Positions 37,556 to 45,838 of a DNA stretch of 64,000 nt are shown piece by piece. The position numbers and the translations under genes were made by a program. Source of the stretch: a virus (Duplodnaviria > Caudoviricetes); IMG/VR virus record IMGVR_UViG_3300046460_000097; one strand, 5' to 3'. Numbering within the stretch: the stretch's first letter is position 1; each line of letters begins with the position of its first letter. The notes beneath the pieces are model-generated. The model saw nothing but the letters and a program-made list of their open reading frames with translations, made no database searches and was not told the origin of the DNA.

Positions 37556-40435
37556 ATGATTATTCTGGGCGGGGAACCACCCTTTGTAGATACCCCCGAG
37601 CCACGGTTCGGAGAAGTCATCAAAAAGATGAACGCGTTTGTCGAAGCCATTCACGTGGCAACAGACAACTTCAACAACAACAACGCAGATAAACTGGAGA
37701 CCATCAAAGAGGACGTACAAGAGTTCGTTGACACGGTAGCCATTCCTGTCGATACTCACTTGGCTGCTCGGGGCCCTCAGCACGGTGAAACCAAAGCGTC
37801 TGTGGGCCTGGAGAAGAAGGATAACTTCCGAACCGCTACATTGGCTGAGCAGATTGCTTTCGCACCTGTACAAGCCTTTGTAACGCCCCAGGGAGCCAAG
37901 GCTGCACTGGCTGCCAGCAACGGTTCGTTCAAACTGTCAGATTACCAGAACAACGACATGTTCCAATTCGCGTCGTTCTTCTATCCGGACTATTATCCGG
38001 TGGTAACCCCGACTGTTAACGACCCTGTTCGTTACTTCGGCCCAAGCAAGAAGACTGGTCTCCTATTGAACGGAGATAAACTGGTGTTCTCCCCGCTGTC
38101 TGACAGTGTGCGGTACACCTACCAGTCAATCTTTACCTCGATGCCGACAGGTATCTCCAAGGGCACTCGCCTAGGCGAGATCACCAATCTGAACGCCAGC
38201 TACTTGACAGCCAGTTGGAACACGGTGGGCTGCGACACGACTGATGGATTGACTGCTTTCTTTAAGCCATTGGCTGACAAGAAGATCTACCAGTACAAGA
38301 ACAACCTTGCCATGGCGGGCACCAACAAGAACTACCTGTTGTACAGCATGTCGACTAACGCGGCCTACAAAGGTATTGCGGTGTCGTCGTCGTTTGTTGG
38401 CACTGCGATTACACTGTATCACAAGTTCTTCTCGACAGCTAACCCGGGTACCGATCCTGCATTGGGTGACCAAGTTGCTGGTTCTTATCTGGGGTTGTTT
38501 GATCGTTTCGACACACCTCAGTACTCAGGCCCTGCCAACGGCAGTCAGACATTCGATCTGAAAGACTACGTCGACCTGCCACCCCAAGCTACTATCGACA
38601 TCTCCGGCGGCAGCCATGGGATCGTTACCACGTTGTTGTGGAACATTCCTAATGGTGAGGCGTATCTGCATGTCGCAGTGCCTTGTACGGCTCGTTTAGC
38701 GGGTAAGACCCAGAAGCTGGTGTTTGGGTTCATCCTGTCGATCGTTCCGGGAACCCTGTCACCCGGCGGTAGCGCTGTGTTCCGGCAACTGGGTACTCGT
38801 GCTAAAGACACGTTGGGCGCGAACCTGTTACCTGCGGGTCAGTCTAACTGGTTCAAAGACGGTAATCTGTTTGACTTCTTCAACCTCACGCAATATCCGG
38901 GGGTCATGTTGAACTCGGGTGAGTTGGTTAAGGCGGCTTCCACCAAGCTGGGTACTCGGGTCAAACGGTTCGGTACAGACTACGCAGGAATGAAAGATTT
39001 CCTGTTGGCTGAACGTCCTGTTATTGATGCGCGCTTGGCGTCTACAGAAATGTATGCCCCAATGCGCCATGCTTGCTTCGGTTTGATTCCTGAACGAATC
39101 ATTCCTTACAGTCAAGACAGCATCAACGCCCTTTATCTGGTATACGGTGCAGACGAAATCACCGGTCGTTTCGGTTGGCGCGACTACAGCTGGGCTACTG
39201 CCAGCATTGTGAGCACTCAATCAGGTGACGGCACGTTCGGTATCGCCCTCCCGGGCAGCACCAAGGCTGTTGAGACTATCTCGGACGTACCTCCTGGGTT
39301 GTCGATCTATGTCAACAAGGCAGGTCTCGGCGTGGCTGTCAGTGCGTTGGCGTTCAACGAGGCAAACGGCTACGTGGGCAAGGCTAGCTTTCAGTACCTT
39401 AACGGGACACTGACAGTTGGTGCTGACGTCTCCCTCGCTATCCCAAGCCTGATCGCCATTCGGGCCGCCAGCGGTAGTGTGATGCTACGCGCAGCCGCCG
39501 CCAACCCATTGGTGAACGCAGCTCTGCGTACTCCGTCGATCCAAGTGTTTAAGCTGAACGCTACTAAGGTTATCGTGTTGATCAGTGATGGTCTGAACTA
39601 TGCTGAAGTGGGCGTAGCCGACTACACTGTGACGGGTAGCAAATGCACCCTGACGTTCCAGACCACCAACGGGCTCAAGTTGTACCCGGCAACCAACGGC
39701 GGGCAACCTGCAATCGCGGGCAACCGTTATTCGCAGTCGGGTGATGATCCTTGGATGAATTACTCGGACATGCTGGCAGTGATGGTGGACGCTAACACGT
39801 ACAACATCGTCTTCCCACGTGCGTTCGGTAACATCTACGGTGACGTGAGCTGTTCCATCGCTGGTGTGAACGGAGCTACTCAGACAGTCACTAAAGGCAA
39901 GGTCAACTACGCCCGTCTGTACCAAGGCGTGGATGCGTTCGATACGGTCGAAGAAGTCTATCCGGCTCTCCTTATCCCTAACAAGGGTGTGTACCAATAC
40001 GAACCGACCAACTCCCGGGCTGCAACTCTGATGAATGAAGTTGGCGGGACTACGAAAGTGGATCCTTACAACATCAACGAATCGGGTTGGGTGCGGTTGC
40101 CTGCTGGCGCTCGCTTTGTAGTGAACGGCCGCACAGTTATCTTGGATCGGGATTACTCGGTTAAGGTGGCGACCTCTGGTGTGACCTACTGCTACTTGCG
40201 ACGTTCCGGTACTAACTTGTCGACCATCGCTTCGAGCATTCAGCGCGAGCCGGTTAACAACGAAGTATTGTTCGGCATCTCCACCAACGGAGTGCTGGCA
40301 TTGCAGAAGAGTTACATCGTGATGGACAGTCGTTCTATCAGTGCGACTCGACACGGCTCTGCTATCCCATGCTTTATCGATGATGGCGGACAAGGTGTGA
40401 ACCAGTTCTTTACTCGTCGAGATGTGAAGTCGTAA
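37556..40435 (+). CDS. Baseplate/tail-fibre-like protein, paralog 3 (divergent)
   Basis: 959 aa; HGETKASVGLEKKDNFRTAT corresponds to the HG...VDNFATA motif; similar beta-rich C-terminal module. Confidence 0.6.
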   Translation: MIILGGEPPFVDTPEPRFGEVIKKMNAFVEAIHVATDNFNNNNADKLETIKEDVQEFVDTVAIPVDTHLAARGPQHGETKASVGLEKKDNFRTATLAEQIAFAPVQAFVTPQGAKAALAASNGSFKLSDYQNNDMFQFASFFYPDYYPVVTPTVNDPVRYFGPSKKTGLLLNGDKLVFSPLSDSVRYTYQSIFTSMPTGISKGTRLGEITNLNASYLTASWNTVGCDTTDGLTAFFKPLADKKIYQYKNNLAMAGTNKNYLLYSMSTNAAYKGIAVSSSFVGTAITLYHKFFSTANPGTDPALGDQVAGSYLGLFDRFDTPQYSGPANGSQTFDLKDYVDLPPQATIDISGGSHGIVTTLLWNIPNGEAYLHVAVPCTARLAGKTQKLVFGFILSIVPGTLSPGGSAVFRQLGTRAKDTLGANLLPAGQSNWFKDGNLFDFFNLTQYPGVMLNSGELVKAASTKLGTRVKRFGTDYAGMKDFLLAERPVIDARLASTEMYAPMRHACFGLIPERIIPYSQDSINALYLVYGADEITGRFGWRDYSWATASIVSTQSGDGTFGIALPGSTKAVETISDVPPGLSIYVNKAGLGVAVSALAFNEANGYVGKASFQYLNGTLTVGADVSLAIPSLIAIRAASGSVMLRAAAANPLVNAALRTPSIQVFKLNATKVIVLISDGLNYAEVGVADYTVTGSKCTLTFQTTNGLKLYPATNGGQPAIAGNRYSQSGDDPWMNYSDMLAVMVDANTYNIVFPRAFGNIYGDVSCSIAGVNGATQTVTKGKVNYARLYQGVDAFDTVEEVYPALLIPNKGVYQYEPTNSRAATLMNEVGGTTKVDPYNINESGWVRLPAGARFVVNGRTVILDRDYSVKVATSGVTYCYLRRSGTNLSTIASSIQREPVNNEVLFGISTNGVLALQKSYIVMDSRSISATRHGSAIPCFIDDGGQGVNQFFTRRDVKS

Positions 40436-40444
40436 ATATAACCC

Positions 40445-40477
40445 CTACCCTACAGCCCCATAAAGGCTGTAGGGTAG
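40445..40477. terminator. Bidirectional terminator
   Basis: ctaccctacagcc-ccataaa-ggctgtagggtag between convergent genes. Confidence 0.8.
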
Positions 40478-40485
40478 TAAGGTTG

Positions 40486-41487
40486 TTAACCGCCAGTTGG
40501 TACAGGAGGACCGGATGTATCGCTACCGCCTCTGACCCCAGTCTGAACGTGGTAGTTGAGGGAAGTAAGGGAAGTAACGTCAACGTCAGCATGGATAGTG
40601 CCGCTGCTGTCGATGTTACCATCTTGAGTCATATCACCTTCCTGATCAATATCACCACTAAGGTTGTAATTGCCTTCTTGGGTGTAGTCGCCGACTTGCT
40701 CGGTATCACCCGTGTGTTCGATGCGACCTTTCCAACGAGTCAGACCCACGTCAATATTCATCTCTTCAGCTTGAATGTTGATCGTCTTGGTCTTGATGTT
40801 GATGTCCACGTCTGTAAACAGGTTTAACTGTTCCGGCATGTAGACCGTCATCTTCTTCTTTTCGATGCGAAGGAATGACTTATCCGCGTTGGTATAAGTG
40901 AAAGCGCGTTCCATGTCGTTCATGACCATGAAACTACCTTCATTACCACCGATCTGGATGATCCCTTCCATCCCGTTGATCTGGATGTCCCACATCGACT
41001 TCTCGCCGTTGGCCATAGCAGTACGAACCGCCATTAACCCTGTGCGAGTATCGACCTTGGCCATGTAGAACTTGTCAACATCGAAGTCAGCGTTCTCACT
41101 GACATCAGGACTACCACTCCAGCCCCACATCACCGATTCCAAACGGAAGGTGCTGGCGTTAACCCCGTCGGTGGTCCAGTAGTACTTGTTCTGACCGGAT
41201 ACCTGATAGATGGCTACCTGAGAACCTTCCCGTACGTCAGGTGACGTCAGGCGGTTAGTGTTGCCCATGTTCTTCCACACGGCAGGAACCGCGTTACTGT
41301 GCATCAAGGTGCTTTTGATTTCTTCGCCAGCGGCGTTAACACTAGAGCGGTCTACTTGTTTTACGCTAGCAGATACACGTCCATCAGCCTGTGGGAATAG
41401 GCTGGGCAAGTACACCATGATCTGATCGGTGTTCGTGTCTTTGGTGGCGGCGACCGTACCGACCCCTAGACAATTCAATAAGTTCAT
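40486..41487 (-). CDS. Baseplate central spike (gpV/gp5-like; phiKZ gp164-like)
   Basis: N-terminal OB-fold-like region, eight G-x5 hexapeptide repeats and an apex motif SLNYHVQTGVRGGSDTSGPP. Confidence 0.75.
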   Translation of the reverse strand: MNLLNCLGVGTVAATKDTNTDQIMVYLPSLFPQADGRVSASVKQVDRSSVNAAGEEIKSTLMHSNAVPAVWKNMGNTNRLTSPDVREGSQVAIYQVSGQNKYYWTTDGVNASTFRLESVMWGWSGSPDVSENADFDVDKFYMAKVDTRTGLMAVRTAMANGEKSMWDIQINGMEGIIQIGGNEGSFMVMNDMERAFTYTNADKSFLRIEKKKMTVYMPEQLNLFTDVDINIKTKTINIQAEEMNIDVGLTRWKGRIEHTGDTEQVGDYTQEGNYNLSGDIDQEGDMTQDGNIDSSGTIHADVDVTSLTSLNYHVQTGVRGGSDTSGPPVPTGG

Positions 41488-41541
41488 ACTAATCGTCCTA
41501 TTCTGTAGGCTTCCACGAATTTTTCATAAAGAATCTTAACT

Positions 41542-44007
41542 ATGCTACTTGAATTGGTACTTGAGAATTATGTCCCACTGTTGAGCAGCAACATTCATAA
41601 AGTGGAACTGAATACTGAACATATGATCAACCTGCTTATTTCTCAGAACGGTACTGGTAAGACCAGCATTCTGAAAGAAGCGAATCCGAACCCTCCGGAG
41701 AACGGTAACTATAAAAATGGTCGTAAGTATTCCAAGTGGCGTTTTGGTTCTAACACTTATGAGTTAGACGGCTACACAGGGATTGGTAACGGCCATAGCT
41801 TCAAGGTAAATGGGGGTCCGGAACTCAACACCGGTGGCACCTTTTCCGTACAGAAGGAGTTGGTAGACGCTCACTTCCAAATGGACTCGGGCATGACCAA
41901 GGTGTTGAGTGGGTTGCGCATTGTTGACAGACTGTCCGCTATGTCGCCTGCTCGCCGTAAAGATGTGTTGATGCAGATCTACCCTAACGACACCGATTAT
42001 GCGTTGGGGGTTTACAACAGGCTTAAATCAGAACGGAATGAACTCAAGGCTGCGATCAAGAATCAGATTGGTCGTTATACCGAAGAGAACCGTAAGCTGT
42101 CCTACATCAACGAGGCCGGCATTGATCAGCTAGAAATCCGCATTAAAGGAATCGAGGAAGAGCTTAAGCAGTCTCTCTTGATTCGTGGTGGTTTGGAGAA
42201 CGTTGATATCGATCCTGCACTCCAGTCCAAGGTCGATACTTTCAACCGCCTGACCGACCAACTGTTGGCCAACAAGTTGAGCGGGATCATCTGGACTGAG
42301 AACGAATACCTCGACGCCATTGAGACGGCTACGCGTATTCTGAATCGCCATCAGGAACAGGCGGCTATCCTGCAAGGCATCATCAGTGAGCACGCCAGTT
42401 ATCTCGACGGGCTAGAAGAGTTCCTCAAGGACCCTGATAGCTTTAAGGAACAAGCGGGTCACATTAAGGATGACATCGCTTCTACTCTGGCTCAGATTGA
42501 AGTGATTAACTTGGGGATGCAGCAATACCCTGTGTTCAACGATCCTGAGAGCCCGCTGGAGCGACTGGAAGAAGTAGTTATCCAGTTTATCGGCTACGTT
42601 GATCGCGTAACTGTAGCGAGCACTCAGGAGCTTACAGGTAACCAGTATAAAGGTTATCTGCAGCAACAAGAACAGGCGGCGGTAAAGATCAGAGCTTTAG
42701 CATCTGACATCACTGACCTGACGCATGAGCTGAAGCATTATGACAGTGCAGCGTTAATCGACTGTCCCGATTGCAACAGCCAGTTCAAGATCGGTGTGAC
42801 TAAAGCCGACGTAGATAAGAAACGTATGATCCTAGAAGCTCATCAGGGTCAGCTGAGCAAATTAGAAGCAGCTCAGGAAAAGCTGCAGGTCCTCATCGAG
42901 AATGATGCGGATTGGTATGTGAGCATGAACCAACTGTTTACCTTCGTTCGGGATAACAGCCACGTTCGTATCCTGCCAGATTTGATCAAGCAGTTTGAAG
43001 TGGGTAAGGTGCACAGTCGTAGGCTCCACAACGCACTGGAGTTGTTCCAGAAGCGTTTCGACCTGCAACAGCACCGAGACACGCTGGGTAAAGAAGAGTC
43101 TCTCCTAGACGCTCGTATCGCCCTTCTAGACCGTAATAACGTTCTGGATGTGGCGATCTATGTTAGCAGCACTGAACAAGAGCTGCGTAAGGAGAACGAG
43201 AAGATCTCGTTTTATCGGGCTAAACTCGATAAGCTCAACAACACTTTGCGTTCCATTCAAACTTATGGGAGCGATGTAAAACGGTTAGACGTACTTCGGC
43301 ATGAAATCCTTGTTGGTTTAGAGAGTCAGGGTAAGTTCAATTTGCGCGGTGTGGTTGATCAGCGCATCAGTGAATTGACTACCGATAAAGAGAACTATCT
43401 GACCTCGATCATCAAGAGCAAATCATTGACGGCGGTGGTTCAGTCTATTTCGGCGGACATTGAGCGTATGAAACGACGCTTGAAGATTGTCGATATTCTG
43501 ATGAATGGCTTGTGCCCGAATAAAGGTCTGATTGGTAAGTTGATGTCTGACTTCATCACCAGTATCTGCGGTAACATGAATGCCGTCATCAGCCAGATCT
43601 GGAACACCCCACTGTACATCAAGCCGTGTGCGAAAGAGAATGGGGACTTGACGTATAAGTTCCCAGTCGTCAAAGGGGAGAAAGACGGAGCACCAGACGT
43701 GTCAGATTGCAGTGCAGGGGAAGCAGACATCTTGGACTGGGTATTCCGGTTCGTACTGCTGGGATACCACAAGTTCCCGTTCCCACTTGTAATGGACGAA
43801 GTAGGACCTTTCTTGGATGAGATCAAACGAGGACGGTTCTTCAACTTTGTTCAGGAGTACACGCAAGGCAAAGACGCACGTCAGTTGTTCCTAGTGTCAC
43901 ATTACTTCGGTCAGTTGGGTGTTTTCAAAGACGCCAACATCATTGCACTGCGGTACGAAGGTCTCACTCTTCCGGGTGAGGTTAATCAGCACTCAACAGT
44001 AATGTAA
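41542..44007 (+). CDS. sbcC: SbcC/Rad50-like SMC ATPase
   Basis: Walker A QNGTGKTS, long coiled coils with central CPDC zinc hook, signature CSAGE, Walker B LVMDE, H-loop VSH. Confidence 0.9.
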   Translation: MLLELVLENYVPLLSSNIHKVELNTEHMINLLISQNGTGKTSILKEANPNPPENGNYKNGRKYSKWRFGSNTYELDGYTGIGNGHSFKVNGGPELNTGGTFSVQKELVDAHFQMDSGMTKVLSGLRIVDRLSAMSPARRKDVLMQIYPNDTDYALGVYNRLKSERNELKAAIKNQIGRYTEENRKLSYINEAGIDQLEIRIKGIEEELKQSLLIRGGLENVDIDPALQSKVDTFNRLTDQLLANKLSGIIWTENEYLDAIETATRILNRHQEQAAILQGIISEHASYLDGLEEFLKDPDSFKEQAGHIKDDIASTLAQIEVINLGMQQYPVFNDPESPLERLEEVVIQFIGYVDRVTVASTQELTGNQYKGYLQQQEQAAVKIRALASDITDLTHELKHYDSAALIDCPDCNSQFKIGVTKADVDKKRMILEAHQGQLSKLEAAQEKLQVLIENDADWYVSMNQLFTFVRDNSHVRILPDLIKQFEVGKVHSRRLHNALELFQKRFDLQQHRDTLGKEESLLDARIALLDRNNVLDVAIYVSSTEQELRKENEKISFYRAKLDKLNNTLRSIQTYGSDVKRLDVLRHEILVGLESQGKFNLRGVVDQRISELTTDKENYLTSIIKSKSLTAVVQSISADIERMKRRLKIVDILMNGLCPNKGLIGKLMSDFITSICGNMNAVISQIWNTPLYIKPCAKENGDLTYKFPVVKGEKDGAPDVSDCSAGEADILDWVFRFVLLGYHKFPFPLVMDEVGPFLDEIKRGRFFNFVQEYTQGKDARQLFLVSHYFGQLGVFKDANIIALRYEGLTLPGEVNQHSTVM

Positions 44008-44024
44008 TTTTAAACCTATATTAC
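44008..44024 (+). promoter_or_regulatory. Early-type promoter
   Basis: ttttaaacctatattac with TATATTAC at 44017-44024. Confidence 0.7.
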
Positions 44025-44029
44025 TAGTG

Positions 44030-44133
44030 TGAGATGGAGTGGAGGTGAATTGTTCGCCTCTTATCTCTTTGGTTGTATTCGTACTGCATACCCTTGTTTA
44101 TGACGACCTACATACTTCAGAAGAGATAAGACT
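44030..44133 (+). promoter_or_regulatory. Structured 5' leader pairing over the translation initiation region
   Basis: TCTTATCTCTT (44059-44069) is the exact reverse complement of AAGAGATAAGA (44121-44131) just before ATG 44134; extra hairpin gaggtgaa-ttg-ttcgcctc. Confidence 0.5.
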
Positions 44134-44406
44134 ATGCAAACAGTTCAGATCCCAATAGCGAATGCAGCGGATGGTTCGCTTGTTCCACATCCACAAGGCC
44201 AAGGGCTTGCCACGGTGACGTTTAACTACGACATGAATGGCAAAACCGCAATCATCAACTTCATGGGTAACAACCAAGCCCTGATCACGTTCGATGAAAC
44301 CGGTAACCAGCCTGTCAGCTACATGCCGTACAGCCCAATGGCCACCCAGCAAGATCTGGCCAGCATCGAAAACATCATGCGTTACATCCCCCAACTCTTC
44401 CATTGA
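44134..44406 (+). CDS. Small hypothetical protein, first gene after an early-type promoter
   Basis: 90 aa, high-expression codon usage. Confidence 0.7.
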   Translation: MQTVQIPIANAADGSLVPHPQGQGLATVTFNYDMNGKTAIINFMGNNQALITFDETGNQPVSYMPYSPMATQQDLASIENIMRYIPQLFH

Positions 44407-44410
44407 GTAA

Positions 44411-44887
44411 TTGCCCGACATGAATGTACAGAAGTACTTTAACCAGGACCCTGATGAATTCATAGGGTCCTTTGAGCCTATTACAGTTTCCATGCAGAGC
44501 CGCAACAATAAGGCCACCATCGAACTGGGGTTGGTTAAGGATAATAACAAGTTGTGTTTTGTTATCGGAAAGCGGTTACAGAGTGAAGGATCACTCCTAA
44601 TTCTTGATCAAGTGCGTCTGTCACTTGCATCCCAGCGAACGTTCGAAGATCGCCCATCTCATTGGTCTACTTGTAGTTTCTACCGCCATGAGTTCCTGCG
44701 TAGAGCGTTCGAAGATTTTGTTAATGCTTCACCCTTTGTATCTTTTATAAGAGCCAACGTCAACCCATTGGCCGTATCACAACTGTTTGCCAATCTAAGG
44801 GACATTAGTCCTAAACTAATAAGCTTTCAGCTAGGGAATCATCATGAGAAAGGAAGAAGTCATTGCGAGGTACCAAGAGCTGGTTAA
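44411..44887 (+). CDS. Hypothetical protein
   Basis: 158 aa (TTG start, or ATG 44420), AT-rich, overlaps the next gene. Confidence 0.5.
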   Translation: MPDMNVQKYFNQDPDEFIGSFEPITVSMQSRNNKATIELGLVKDNNKLCFVIGKRLQSEGSLLILDQVRLSLASQRTFEDRPSHWSTCSFYRHEFLRRAFEDFVNASPFVSFIRANVNPLAVSQLFANLRDISPKLISFQLGNHHEKGRSHCEVPRAG

Positions 44888-45287
44888 GGAGCTTGTTGAG
44901 CCCGCACACAACGTAGTACTGAGCGCCGGATCTGCTTCGGTGATGATGGGTCTCCGCGATGAGACTGACGACTTGGATGCAGATGTACTGCCCGGTGTAT
45001 TCAAATGGGCCTGCGCCGTCAAGAAAGCAACCGTCATCGTTGAAGAGAATGTAAACGATCGGATCAAGTATTCCGATAAGGTTGATTTGCACATCCTCGA
45101 TGAAGATCGTGGGCGTGTTTGTATCGAGGGGGTCTGGGTCTACAGTCCCCAAGAGCTGTTGAATCAAAAGCGTTATCTGATGCGCATGCCTAACCGCCGT
45201 GCAGAGAAGATGCTACGTGACCAGTTGGAAGTATCTCAGCTGGAAGAACTTATCCGTAAACCTAAATTTACTGCGAAGGCCGTTTAA
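44844..45287 (+). CDS. Minimal Pol-beta-superfamily nucleotidyltransferase
   Basis: VLSAGSASVMMGLRDETDDLDADV fits hG[GS]-x(9-13)-DxD; third Asp candidate in KVDLH. Confidence 0.65.
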   Translation: MRKEEVIARYQELVKELVEPAHNVVLSAGSASVMMGLRDETDDLDADVLPGVFKWACAVKKATVIVEENVNDRIKYSDKVDLHILDEDRGRVCIEGVWVYSPQELLNQKRYLMRMPNRRAEKMLRDQLEVSQLEELIRKPKFTAKAV

Positions 45288-45758
45288 ATGGAAGACCTCG
45301 TTGAACTCCGTAAGCGAGTTATGTTTAAAGGCAAAGAAAAAGTAGCTGACGCTATTCGTATCTTCGCTGACAACTGGAACATCCCCCTCGATCAAGTCTG
45401 TGTCGGTGGTGGTGCTGCGTTGGTGCTCATGGGTATCCGTGAAGAAACTCACGATCTGAACCTGTGGGTCGATTCGCCGTACTTCGAGAAGCTAGCGGAA
45501 GAAATGAAGACCATCAACCACCCAATGGTTGACACTGTCATCATGATGCCGAACGTATTCACCTACGTGCGCCAGCGCAATCGCTACTTCGGTCACGACG
45601 TGATCGGCGGTATTCAGGTCTTCAACGTTCTGGCACTGATTGTCCAGAAGCGCGGTGGCTATGCTGAACCTGCCCGTCCGGTAGCGAAGCGTAAACAAGA
45701 TCGAATGGACTTGCGCATCCTCGCCGAGATCCATGCAACACGTAACAAAGTGGCTTAG
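45288..45758 (+). CDS. Nucleotidyltransferase-like paralog with degenerate DxD (D-L-N)
   Basis: VCVGGGAALVLMGIREETHDLNLWV aligns with the upstream gene; starts immediately after its stop. Confidence 0.6.
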   Translation: MEDLVELRKRVMFKGKEKVADAIRIFADNWNIPLDQVCVGGGAALVLMGIREETHDLNLWVDSPYFEKLAEEMKTINHPMVDTVIMMPNVFTYVRQRNRYFGHDVIGGIQVFNVLALIVQKRGGYAEPARPVAKRKQDRMDLRILAEIHATRNKVA

Positions 45759-45764
45759 TAAGAC

Positions 45765-45803
45765 CCTTAAGTACCGGTGGGTAACTCCACTTGGTACTTA
45801 AGG
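45765..45803 (+). terminator. Terminator hairpin
   Basis: ccttaagtaccggtgg...ccacttggtacttaagg followed by T-rich sequence. Confidence 0.7.
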
Positions 45804-45838
45804 CCTTTATTACGCATTTTGATTTTTAAGAGGCTGTT

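Noticed and set aside
44844-45758. NTase pair as an NAD-reconstitution (NARP) module feeding the NAD ligase
   Set aside because: Nmnat-type enzymes carry HIGH-type motifs and Adps/Nampt are phosphoribosyltransferase-related. None of these motifs is seen; the motif here is Pol-beta type.
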